Origin: Patescibacteria group bacterium
GTDB taxonomy: Bacteria; Patescibacteriota; Microgenomatia; UBA10105; UBA927
Direction of reading: 5' to 3'
Length of the DNA: 64,000 nucleotides
Assembly: GCA_038062895.1 (NCBI GenBank)
Contig: JBBTWJ010000005.1
Location: 3,715 to 67,714 of the forward strand
Part shown: piece by piece, positions 47,177-55,758 of the stretch
How the letters are laid out: each line of letters opens with the position of its first letter
How positions within the stretch are numbered: the first letter of the stretch is position 1
The notes under the pieces: generated by a model
Told to the model about the DNA's origin: nothing
What the model saw: the letters and a program-made list of their open reading frames with translations, nothing else
Databases searched by the model: none
Program-made: the position numbers and the translations under genes

Positions 47177-48925
47177 CTACTTTCGCTCTACATTAAACAA
47201 TGGTCCGACAATTTGAATGTTGGCCGGAGCGCGAAGGTTAAAAAAGTCTTTAAACTCGCTTCCGTCAAACGTAGAGGTCCCGGCATTCCCACTCACGCTT
47301 ACCTGTGTCACCCGCCCTCCTCCCCAGTCGACCCCGCTTGCGCGAATTTCAGAAACGGAGGTAAACGGAGTAACCCCACGGGAAGAAAGTTCCTGACGAA
47401 CTTTTTCGCGGCTCCACGAATCGGTGCCGGCAGGATTAGGTTTATCCGGCTGATAGAGGTGCTCCTTCGTGCCTCCGTCTTGACGCGCGAGAAGGATGAC
47501 ATTGACGATGTCAGCCACTTCTTCTTCTTTGAGCCATGCGGATTTGGCATACTCACCACGAAACCCCTGGGCGGCATAAAAACACGGCGAATCACGGTCG
47601 TACCCTTTGGACAACAAATCGTCAACGTTCCCCACATCCCCTGTTGTATCCCGAAGTCTTTTCGTCCAAGGCCTATGTGCGCTTCCCCACACATCATCGT
47701 TTCTAAATGTATATCCGCCAGCTGTAGACGCATACCACCCGGTGACCACTTGCCCGTCGCGCGTCATGACCTCTCCTTCGGTCTCCCGCACTGCTTTTTC
47801 CCAATCGCCTCCCTTGTTGCCGCCTTTATAAACCTGACAGGCTTGAGTCGTACAAATTTCTTTGGCGCCGTTGCCGGTATACGAGAGAGCATAGGAGCGA
47901 GCCGAGACAACTTGCGCTTTGAGCGCCGCCATGGGCCAGTCGCCGGGCATCTCATAAATACCAAGCATATACTCATCCAAAGCCATTTCGCCATAGCCCT
48001 GTACTTTAATCCGCATATTTTTATCCTTTTTCTCAAAACTAATACCGTCAAAGTATGCACGCAAAATATCCTGATAGGACTGACCTGCTTTTGCCCGGCC
48101 ATACGCTCCATACTGGCTCAATCCCACGCGGTGTGGGATGCCGAAGGTAAAAAACGCCCACGCCGGACGGAAACCGGGATCAAGCTTCCGGTCATCCGTA
48201 CAATACAGTGGTCCGGCCCCGAGACTGGTCGGCAAGCCCAAGCCTGAAAGCTTTTGCGCGAGAAAGGATTGTTGCTTAACCGTAAGACTCCCGATAATGC
48301 TCGTAAGCTTCCCCTGATACGCGCTTGCCTCGCCCACGAGCTTCCTCACAGATACAGCTCGCTTATCGGTTTCTTCTTTCAGATAGGAAAGCGAGGCTGC
48401 CTCCACTTCCAGTGTTTTTTTCCTATTTTCTAAATCTTTGACAGAGATGGCTGTCTGGGTTATGGCTTTTTTGTCTTCGTCCAGTGCCGCCATCTGATAA
48501 GCAAGGGACCGGAGGACCACCCCAATATTACTGCTCCCTAAAAACGTCACGAGTGGGTTATTGCTCTGTACGCGGATATAGAGCTGTCGGGCGCGCCGGG
48601 ATGCAAGCTCCAAAAGGCCTCCTATTTCTTTTTCTCCGGCGGCAATAGCTGCGACTTTCTTTGCTAAATCCGCTTCAAGCAGTTTAATCCTGCTTTGAAA
48701 TGCCGCGATATCCGACTCCATCTTACGAAGAGCGTCCACATGAGGTTTTTTGGCTGTCTCCATCTGATTCCAGGCTTCCTGACATTTGTCTATTTTAGCC
48801 TTGCACTCGCCGGGATTTCCACAGGTAGGATCGCACGATTGCGCAAGCACAATCGAATTATCCAATAATCCAATTATCCAATAAACCAATAATCCAATAA
48901 TCAAACCCTTCAAAACGGTTTTCAT
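47177..48925 (-). CDS. Coiled-coil + SpoIID/LytB domain peptidoglycan hydrolase
   Basis: HRVGLSQYGA, EMPGDW..ALKAQ..ARSY, CQVY. Confidence 0.88.
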   Translation of the reverse strand: MKTVLKGLIIGLLVYWIIGLLDNSIVLAQSCDPTCGNPGECKAKIDKCQEAWNQMETAKKPHVDALRKMESDIAAFQSRIKLLEADLAKKVAAIAAGEKEIGGLLELASRRARQLYIRVQSNNPLVTFLGSSNIGVVLRSLAYQMAALDEDKKAITQTAISVKDLENRKKTLEVEAASLSYLKEETDKRAVSVRKLVGEASAYQGKLTSIIGSLTVKQQSFLAQKLSGLGLPTSLGAGPLYCTDDRKLDPGFRPAWAFFTFGIPHRVGLSQYGAYGRAKAGQSYQDILRAYFDGISFEKKDKNMRIKVQGYGEMALDEYMLGIYEMPGDWPMAALKAQVVSARSYALSYTGNGAKEICTTQACQVYKGGNKGGDWEKAVRETEGEVMTRDGQVVTGWYASTAGGYTFRNDDVWGSAHRPWTKRLRDTTGDVGNVDDLLSKGYDRDSPCFYAAQGFRGEYAKSAWLKEEEVADIVNVILLARQDGGTKEHLYQPDKPNPAGTDSWSREKVRQELSSRGVTPFTSVSEIRASGVDWGGGRVTQVSVSGNAGTSTFDGSEFKDFFNLRAPANIQIVGPLFNVERK

Positions 48926-48992
48926 TTGTTGATGTATTCTACCATGCCCTGATCTTTCCTTTTCTTTCTCCCTTTGGTACACTCATATATGT

Positions 48993-49373
48993 ATGCGGAG
49001 ACTATTTTGGATCATTCTGGCAATCTCTGTGTTTGTGTCTACGGGAACCGCGTATGCCGCGGATCCGTTCTGTCCCGGCAATAAACAGGGGATAAACACT
49101 GCGATCGGCTGCATTAACGCCGACGGCACCGGGGGTATCGTAAAAGAAATATTCCGATTGGGAACGGGTATTGCCGGAGGCATCGCGTTTCTTCTCATTC
49201 TTTTCGGTGGGTTTCAGATCATGACCAGCACCGGCAATCCCGAAAAGCTCAACGAGGGTAAAGAACTTATCGCCTCGGCCATCACCGGACTCCTCATGAT
49301 TCTTTTTTCCGTATTTCTCCTCAAGTTTATCGGTGTAGACTTACTCTGTATTCCCGGTTTCGGTTCGTGCTAA
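48993..49373 (+). CDS. VirB2/TrbC-like pilin
   Basis: Signal peptide, TAIGCI, GGFQIMTSTGNPEKL..K..I..A..GL. Confidence 0.8.
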   Translation: MRRLFWIILAISVFVSTGTAYAADPFCPGNKQGINTAIGCINADGTGGIVKEIFRLGTGIAGGIAFLLILFGGFQIMTSTGNPEKLNEGKELIASAITGLLMILFSVFLLKFIGVDLLCIPGFGSC

Positions 49374-49379
49374 ATCACT

Positions 49380-49721
49380 ATGGAATCCGTATTTGCTCAA
49401 AAACTTGAAATACCAGGCAATGGCCCAACTAAAGAACTTATCGAGGGGCCAACGGGGTTAACTATGAACTCCATCGGAGATATTATCAATAAAGCAATCC
49501 CCTACATCTTCTCGTTTGCCGGACTCGCTCTTCTTCTCATGCTCATCATGGCGGGATTTGACCTCCTCACAAGCGCCGGGGACGCAAAAAAACTGGAAAT
49601 GGGCAAGCAGCGCTTGACCTATGCGGTTGTCGGCATCATCCTGATCATCGTGGCCTATTGGCTGGTACAGATAGCCGGCATCATCTTCGGGGTTGCAGAG
49701 ATACAATCAGTGTTTAAATGA
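49380..49721 (+). CDS. VirB2/TrbC-like pilin
   Basis: GFDLLTSAGDAKK..GKQRLTYAVVG. Confidence 0.8.
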   Translation: MESVFAQKLEIPGNGPTKELIEGPTGLTMNSIGDIINKAIPYIFSFAGLALLLMLIMAGFDLLTSAGDAKKLEMGKQRLTYAVVGIILIIVAYWLVQIAGIIFGVAEIQSVFK

Positions 49722-49724
49722 ACC

Positions 49725-49771
49725 AGATCCTTCGACTCTCCCTCGACATCGCTCGGGATCGCTCAGGATGA
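49725..49771. repeat. Nested REP-like palindrome
   Basis: AGATCCTTCGACT[CTCCCTCGACATCGCTCGGGAT]CGCTCAGGATGA. Confidence 0.65.
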
Positions 49772-49789
49772 TCGCGATTACTTTCGCGA

Positions 49790-50503
49790 TCATTTTCCAA
49801 ACCGTCGTTTTCGTTTTTGAAACTCTTCAATCGCCTCATCCAGTTTTTCCGGTGTAAATTCCGGCATAAACCACGTCGGAAAATACAGCTCGCTATACTC
49901 CGACTGCCACGGGAGAAATCCACTTAACCGCTGTTCTCCGCCGGTGCGGATGATAAGCTCGGGATCAGGAATACCATGCGTGTCTAAATACTGATGAAAA
50001 TCTTGTTCGGTCAACTTTAAACTTTTAACTTTAAACTTTAAACTTTCGCGCCATCTGTTGATGGCGCGTAGTATCTCATCTCTCCCACCGTAGTTGAGCG
50101 CAAAGACCGCCGTGATGGTCGTATTATTTTTCGTTTGGTGAGCGACGTCACTCAAGGATTTCTGGATATCAGCCGGAAACTTAGCCAGATCACCGATTGC
50201 GCGGACGCGGACGCCTTTCTCATGAAGACGGGCCCATCGGTTCTTGATCACATGACGGAATATCGTCATGATTCCGCGCACCTCTGGCGCTGCGCGGTTC
50301 CAATTCTCTGTAGAAAATGCCCAAAACGTCATATATTTGACTCCCCGCTTTGCGGCGTGTTCGATGAGGGGCTCAAGCACATCATTGGCCACCCGCCTGT
50401 GTCCTTCGAGAATCGGAAGTCCCCGTTCCTTTGCCCACCGGCGGTTGCCATCCATGATGACGGCGATATGGGTTGGAATATTCGTTGTATTTCCCATAAT
50501 CAT
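49790..50503 (-). CDS. uppS: Undecaprenyl diphosphate synthase
   Basis: IMDGNRRWA, FSTENW, NYGGR, IRTGGEQRLSGF. Confidence 0.96.
   Translation of the reverse strand: MIMGNTTNIPTHIAVIMDGNRRWAKERGLPILEGHRRVANDVLEPLIEHAAKRGVKYMTFWAFSTENWNRAAPEVRGIMTIFRHVIKNRWARLHEKGVRVRAIGDLAKFPADIQKSLSDVAHQTKNNTTITAVFALNYGGRDEILRAINRWRESLKFKVKSLKLTEQDFHQYLDTHGIPDPELIIRTGGEQRLSGFLPWQSEYSELYFPTWFMPEFTPEKLDEAIEEFQKRKRRFGK
50013..50046. repeat. AACTTTW heptamer array in frame in uppS
   Basis: About 5 units; encodes SLKFKVKSLK. Confidence 0.85.
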
Positions 50504-50530
50504 TTTTTGTGTTTCCTACTCTTAATATAT

Positions 50531-50558
50531 TTCTACACTTCTACATAGAAGTGTAGAA
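50531..50558. repeat. 28-bp palindrome
   Basis: TTCTACACTTCTA-CA-TAGAAGTGTAGAA. Confidence 0.85.
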
Positions 50559-50560
50559 TA

Positions 50561-51538
50561 TTAAAATAAATGATCTTTAATAAGATGCGCTCCGCGGGAG
50601 GGTTTGTTGACAATGACATCACGAATTTCGTCAATATCAGTTAATTTTGCTTTCAATGCGTCAACAGTGTTTGAATGACAAATAAGGTGAACATCCTGTC
50701 CGGTGTTAATAGTAAAATAGACTTCTATCCCTTCATCTCGCCACTTCTTAATAAGTCTTATAACCTGGAGCGTCCCCGGTGTCCAATAGATGAGTGGTGG
50801 TCTTGAAGTGAGCATCACCGCGTGCATCTCAAGAGCCTCTGCCTCAATAAGTTCTCCAAGGAGAGAAAAACGTTTTTCTGCCAACAGTTTTTTTGCCTGT
50901 ATTAATTTTTTTTTCATCCCTGCCAGACGCACCGGAAAAAAGGGGCTTGATGCAACGCGCGCCATTCCTTGAGTCGTGGGTACGGATTTTTTTCCTTCAT
51001 TAACGACTACCACGACATCAACGATATCCCACCAATCCGGCGGATAAAGGGAAACGCCGTAGGATGTATCACTCGTGTTGCCGTCGATCCACTCCACAAA
51101 CCCATCCGGAATAGATCTGCACGCAGAGCCGGAGCCCTGACGCGCGAGTATCGACAATTCTTTTTCATCAAGTTCTAACCCGGCTGCAGCAACTGCGGCA
51201 ACTGTTAGCGCCGCAAATCCAGAAGCAGAAGAGGATAATCCCGTACCAGAAGGAAAATTATTGACGGTGACGACTTTGGCGTAATCGTCCATACGCGCAA
51301 CCTTGCGAATCCGATCTAAATGCGTAATCGCTCTACTTCCATCAATTGCTTCCTGGATACCGTTAATCTCTATAACGTCCTCCTTATGCATTGGGCTGAA
51401 TTCCACGGTCGTTGTTGTCATCAAACCAGAAAGGTTCATTGATAAACTACCGTTTTCCGGCAAGCGTAATGCGTCATTTTTCTTTCCCCAATACTTGATA
51501 AATGCAATATTTGAGGGAGCAACAGCTGTAGCTTTCAT
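50561..51538 (-). CDS. mvaD: Diphosphomevalonate decarboxylase
   Basis: NIAFIKYWGK, GLSSSASG, GSGSACRS. Confidence 0.93.
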   Translation of the reverse strand: MKATAVAPSNIAFIKYWGKKNDALRLPENGSLSMNLSGLMTTTTVEFSPMHKEDVIEINGIQEAIDGSRAITHLDRIRKVARMDDYAKVVTVNNFPSGTGLSSSASGFAALTVAAVAAAGLELDEKELSILARQGSGSACRSIPDGFVEWIDGNTSDTSYGVSLYPPDWWDIVDVVVVVNEGKKSVPTTQGMARVASSPFFPVRLAGMKKKLIQAKKLLAEKRFSLLGELIEAEALEMHAVMLTSRPPLIYWTPGTLQVIRLIKKWRDEGIEVYFTINTGQDVHLICHSNTVDALKAKLTDIDEIRDVIVNKPSRGAHLIKDHLF

Positions 51539-52983
51539 GATAAAATTCCTGCTTTTTTGAGCGAAACTTCTGCACATCTCGTAAGCACAATTTCCTTCGT
51601 TGCCACTTTAAATGGTATCTCCCGGGGAGAAAAAAATTCCACACGATCTACTTCCTCATGATTTATCCGAAACGGGCCATTGGATACCCCTCTATATAGC
51701 GCTGCCATTTCCGACTCCTGGTTATCTTGTACGACAAACCTGGAAAGCGGGGTAACTGGCATATCGACTCCCAGTTCTTCCTGAAGCTCGCGGTGAAGCG
51801 TCTCTTCGTACTCCTGACCTTTCCGCACATGGCCCGCGCAGGATATACCCCAAAGTCCCGCGCCCGTATCTTTAGAACTGCTCCTTTTTTGGAGAAGCAC
51901 ATTCCCTTTTTTATCAAAAATAACGGCTCCTACCGTGCGATGGATAAGTGACTTGTCATGATGGCAGTCATAGCGGCTGCGAAACCCAAGCACTCTGTCA
52001 TCTTTATCGACGACGATAAATTCTTCTTTCTGGTCATCGGTTGTCTCGATGCGGACACCTTGAGCGTTTGGGTGGACATCAATCGCTTCACCACCCGCAT
52101 CCGCTATCGCTTTTTGTATGGCTTCTCTCTTATCGCTCGGCCCAAGGGCGATCATACAATCTCCGCCCCCTGCACCGGAGAGCTTGGCGCCCCAAGCTCC
52201 TGCCTTTTTTGCCGCACTAATCATCGCTTCTAACTTTTCGCTGCTCACTCCCAAATCCCGCAGGTACTCATGATTAAAATCCATGAGTCTCCCCACCCGT
52301 TCCCAATCCCCTTCCAACATCCGCATTTTCGCTTCCTCAACCAATTTGGTTATCGCCTGAAAAATCCGCTCCACTTTCTCCGGATTCTTTTCCTTCTTTT
52401 CGGCCACTTGTTTTATAAGCATCGTCGTATCCGCTTTCACTCCCGTGTATCCAACAATGAGTGGCATTTCTGATACAGTTTGATCGTTTGATTCCCGGTA
52501 TTGAGCGTGGATTTCTTCAATAACTTTGCCGCCGGCAATGAAATAGAGGGTTCCCCCATACACGGCCGCTGCCACATCAAATCCGCTCCCCATCCCCTGC
52601 ACGGCTAACACCGTTTTATATGAAAGGTCAAAAAGCTCGCGCGACGTCACTTCTTTTTTGAAAAGCAAGGCAAGCGCCTTTACTACCCCCACCGTTACCG
52701 AGGCAGATGATCCGAAACCATATTTGCCCGAAAAGTTACTTTGTGTTTTGATCCGGAACCCAACCGATGGAATACCCCACCCTTTTTGTGCCTGCCGGAC
52801 CGCTTCATCCACAAAGCGGGTATCACCCGCTTGGGGCGCATCTACCACGACCTTACTTTCCTCAATTTTTTCCACTCCAACCGTAAGCCGCTCATCAATC
52901 GCGGTAACCAAAGAAGGATAGCCGTACACGACGGCGTGTTCACCCATTACCATTAATTTCCCTGGCGCGGAAATTAAAACCAT
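51535..52983 (-). CDS. GHMP (mevalonate/phosphomevalonate) kinase fused to type-1 IPP isomerase-like Nudix domain
   Basis: APGKL..GEHAVVYG, GFGSSA, KLSGAGGGD, then LIHR..LQKRS..W..SCAGH..RELQEELG. Confidence 0.88.
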   Translation of the reverse strand: MVLISAPGKLMVMGEHAVVYGYPSLVTAIDERLTVGVEKIEESKVVVDAPQAGDTRFVDEAVRQAQKGWGIPSVGFRIKTQSNFSGKYGFGSSASVTVGVVKALALLFKKEVTSRELFDLSYKTVLAVQGMGSGFDVAAAVYGGTLYFIAGGKVIEEIHAQYRESNDQTVSEMPLIVGYTGVKADTTMLIKQVAEKKEKNPEKVERIFQAITKLVEEAKMRMLEGDWERVGRLMDFNHEYLRDLGVSSEKLEAMISAAKKAGAWGAKLSGAGGGDCMIALGPSDKREAIQKAIADAGGEAIDVHPNAQGVRIETTDDQKEEFIVVDKDDRVLGFRSRYDCHHDKSLIHRTVGAVIFDKKGNVLLQKRSSSKDTGAGLWGISCAGHVRKGQEYEETLHRELQEELGVDMPVTPLSRFVVQDNQESEMAALYRGVSNGPFRINHEEVDRVEFFSPREIPFKVATKEIVLTRCAEVSLKKAGILS

Positions 52984-52986
52984 AAA

Positions 52987-53064
52987 TTGTTATTGGTTAG
53001 TTAGTTAATTAGTTACTTAGCTATAATTTATCTAACTAACAAAGTAACGAAATAACGAACTAAC
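52987..53064. repeat. GTTA/TAAC octamer-array hairpin spacer 1
   Basis: TTGGTTAG TTAGTTAA TTAGTTAC..CTAAC AAAGTAAC GAAATAAC GAACTAAC. Confidence 0.8.
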
Positions 53065-54031
53065 TTTTCTTCTCCAACCGTATCCCTTCTTCTCCTAATC
53101 TGATCGGTTGAATGGAAAATCCATATGGCTTGCTTATGGCAGATATCTTATCCGGGTCTTGGGTATAGCATAATAAAAATCCCACACCCTCCGCTTTTCC
53201 GCCGCCACCGAGGATCTTCGCTGCACCTCCGGCCTTTTCAATTTTCCTGATGAGCGGAATGACTTTCCTGCTTACCACTTCCATTCCCTCCAAGCTTCGC
53301 TGTCCGGCGGTCATTGCATCCATCAATTCTTTCTCATCCCCCTCCTTGATCGCCACCGCGATATTTCGAGTTTGTATTTCATTCTCATCAAATAATCTAT
53401 TCATTCTTGACGCCTGACGCCTGACGCCTGACGCTACCAAAGAAATCATCTCCCCTGTCGTCTCCTTCGGTTTCCCGGTATTGATGAGAAAAAAATGATT
53501 GAGACTTTCGGGTATCTTGAATGGCAACTGCCAGATGCTTTTGAGAAATTCAAGTTCCTTCCGAAACCAAATAAGTCCGCCCATGGTCACCGTCGTATTA
53601 TCTCCGCCGGAAGGATTCCCGTGCATTTTTTTCTCGACTTCATAGGCAATCTGGTTAATCGCAGCCGGATTCCAAACTTTTTTAAGATAATAGGTTAGGG
53701 CTCCGACGACTCCAACGGCTACTGCGGCCGATGAGCCCAAATGATAACCGGCAGGAATATCGGAAACAACCGTAATCTTCATCGGTGGAAGATTTGCAAG
53801 TTTATACTCCCGCTTGACCACCTCAACTACATGACGGATATAGTCGGACGGCTCACTGGAGTCGATAAGTATTTTTTCTCTGGATCCCCGCGTTCGCGGG
53901 GATGACAAAGAAAGCGACTCGACAGTCACACGCAAACGGAGGTTGATGGCGGCAAGAAGCGCGGGCTTACCATAAACAACCGCGTGTTCGCCCATTAAAT
54001 GCACTTTACCGGGAACGCTTACTGTAACCAT
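53060..54031 (-). CDS. mvk: Mevalonate kinase
   Basis: PGKVHLMGEHAVVYG, HLGSSAA, HGNPSGGD. Confidence 0.88.
   Translation of the reverse strand: MVTVSVPGKVHLMGEHAVVYGKPALLAAINLRLRVTVESLSLSSPRTRGSREKILIDSSEPSDYIRHVVEVVKREYKLANLPPMKITVVSDIPAGYHLGSSAAVAVGVVGALTYYLKKVWNPAAINQIAYEVEKKMHGNPSGGDNTTVTMGGLIWFRKELEFLKSIWQLPFKIPESLNHFFLINTGKPKETTGEMISLVASGVRRQASRMNRLFDENEIQTRNIAVAIKEGDEKELMDAMTAGQRSLEGMEVVSRKVIPLIRKIEKAGGAAKILGGGGKAEGVGFLLCYTQDPDKISAISKPYGFSIQPIRLGEEGIRLEKKS
53408..53435. repeat. TGACGCC heptamer x4 in frame in mvk
   Basis: Encodes SGVRRQAS. Confidence 0.85.
53880..53906. repeat. 27-bp CTGGATYCCC-N8-GGGRATGAC palindrome in frame in mvk
   Basis: CTGGATCCCCGCGTTCGCGGGGATGAC; encodes SSPRTRGSR. 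Confidence 0.9.
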
Positions 54032-54035
54032 AAAT

Positions 54036-54121
54036 AGTTAGTTAGCAACGCTAGTTACTTCGTTACTTAGAAAAAATTTCTACCAAGTAACTAAATAACG
54101 CGCGTTGCTCGTGTTGCTAAC
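54036..54121. repeat. GTTA/TAAC array spacer 2
   Basis: 54036..54075 is the exact reverse complement of 54475..54514. Confidence 0.85.
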
Positions 54122-54431
54122 ACGGTTTCACTTTTATCCCATACGGAATCACGCCCTCATTGTTTGGCTTAATGGTGCGGCGGACAACAGTAATAACCTT
54201 CATTCCCATAAGCTTTTCCTTCCCAGCCTGTCCGCCGGCTGGCGGATCTACAAGTTGTGCGGTTATTCTTTCTCCCCCACTAAGCTCGACAAGGACCACG
54301 GGATACGGAGCCTGATCGGAAAAATCAGCCGGAGGAACACGCACCATGGTCCACGAGATTATTTTCCCGATTTTCCCGAGCATTTTACCAACGTTCTTTT
54401 GATTTCTCCAAAGCTTGACCGGACTAAGCAT
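54117..54431 (-). CDS. DUF35 OB-fold scaffold protein lacking Zn ribbon
   Basis: WR..GKIISWT..PP..F..QAPY.V.LVEL..G..ITAQLVD..GVIPYG.K. Confidence 0.85.
   Translation of the reverse strand: MLSPVKLWRNQKNVGKMLGKIGKIISWTMVRVPPADFSDQAPYPVVLVELSGGERITAQLVDPPAGGQAGKEKLMGMKVITVVRRTIKPNNEGVIPYGIKVKPC
54226..54246. repeat. TCCGCC palindrome in frame in DUF35 gene
   Basis: GCCTGTCCGCCGGCTGGCGGA; encodes PPAGGQA. Confidence 0.8.
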
Positions 54432-54434
54432 AAT

Positions 54435-54514
54435 TGTTACTTGGTTAGTTGGTTACTTAGTTATTAGTAAAAAATTTTTCTAAGTAACGAAGTAACTAGC
54501 GTTGCTAACTAACT
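54435..54514. repeat. GTTA/TAAC array spacer 3
   Basis: TTGGTTAG TTGGTTAC TTAGTTAT..TAAGTAAC GAAGTAAC. Confidence 0.85.
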
Positions 54515-55663
54515 TTTAAGTATATGAGCCACCGCGGTCGCTCCGCTTCCTCCGACGTTATGGGCAAGTCCCACGCGCGCGCCTTTCACTTGTCTGGCTC
54601 CTGCCACCCCCCGAAGTTGCGTCACCAATTCAACAACCTGCTTGACGCCCGTCGCGCCAATCGGATGACCACAGCCTTTCAGTCCCCCAGACGGATTGAC
54701 GACTAATTTTTTCGCTTTCCCCAGCGTCACTTCTCCCCGTGATATCGCTCGAGCTGCCATTCCCTTGCGATAAAATCCTATATCTTCCAGAGCTAAAATT
54801 TCTGCAATCGTAAAACAATCATGCACCTCGGCGATATCAATATCGCGAGGCCCGACGCCGGCAATCGCATAAGCGCGACGCGCAGCTTCTTGAGAAGCCG
54901 CAAGCTCGGTCAAGCTCTCTCTTTGGGCAAGTCCCAATGTGTCTGTTGCCACTGCGCTTGCGACAATTTCAATCTCCTTTTCCCTTTTTCCGTTTACCTT
55001 TTTCCTTGAAAGTATGAGTGCTGCTGCTCCGTCTGAAATCGGTGAGCAATCTAATAACTTCAGGGGGTCGGCGACAGCGTGGCTTCTTAGAACCTGCTCG
55101 ATGGTGAGAAGACTTCGAAATTGTGCGTTAGGGTTTAAACTCGCATGAAAATGATTTTTTACGGCAACTGCCGCCAGATCTTCTTGGGTCGTCCCATACT
55201 CCTGCATATGAATACGGGCAAGAATGGCGTAGAGCCCCGGAAACGTACAACCAGATGAACGCTCTTGAGCAGTCCCCGCGCCCATGAGCGCTGTCGCCAC
55301 ATCTTCTGGCTTGTGATCCGTCATCTTTTCGACCCCAAGTACGGCAACCGTCTCATACTGACCGGAGGCGATGGCGTTAAATGCGTTGTGAATAGCCAGG
55401 CCTCCCGACGCGCACGCGCCTTCAACCTTAAAAGCAGCAGCGTGAGTAAATCCCAGTTCCTCTGCAAAAAATGCCCCCAAATGCTCCTGTCCACCCAACA
55501 TGCCGGAGAGCATATTGCCTACGAATAACGCCTGAATGTCCCGCGGCTTCATAGCAGCATCTTTCAGCGCGCCGTCCATGGCCTCATGGGCGAGCGTCCT
55601 GGGAGAGACGCTCCAAAGCTCACCGAATTTAGTTGTAGAAGCACCGATGATAGATACATTCAT
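54509..55663 (-). CDS. Acetyl-CoA acetyltransferase (archaeal-type thiolase)
   Basis: VEGACASG, EVHDCFT, NPSGGLK..GHPIGATG, HNVGGSG. Confidence 0.93.
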   Translation of the reverse strand: MNVSIIGASTTKFGELWSVSPRTLAHEAMDGALKDAAMKPRDIQALFVGNMLSGMLGGQEHLGAFFAEELGFTHAAAFKVEGACASGGLAIHNAFNAIASGQYETVAVLGVEKMTDHKPEDVATALMGAGTAQERSSGCTFPGLYAILARIHMQEYGTTQEDLAAVAVKNHFHASLNPNAQFRSLLTIEQVLRSHAVADPLKLLDCSPISDGAAALILSRKKVNGKREKEIEIVASAVATDTLGLAQRESLTELAASQEAARRAYAIAGVGPRDIDIAEVHDCFTIAEILALEDIGFYRKGMAARAISRGEVTLGKAKKLVVNPSGGLKGCGHPIGATGVKQVVELVTQLRGVAGARQVKGARVGLAHNVGGSGATAVAHILKS

Positions 55664-55738
55664 AGTTGCTTGGTTAGTTGGTTACTTGGTTACTTAGAAA
55701 GAACTAAGTTGCTAAGTAACAGGTGTTGCTAACTAACA
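55664..55738. repeat. GTTA/TAAC array spacer 4
   Basis: TTGGTTAG TTGGTTAC TTGGTTAC TTAG..CTAAGTAAC..CTAACTAAC. Confidence 0.8.
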
Positions 55739-55758
55739 ATCTAGCGAATTACCATTCG

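Noticed and set aside
47213-48247. 344-aa plus-strand ORF
   Set aside because: Antisense to the SpoIID-domain gene; no motifs.
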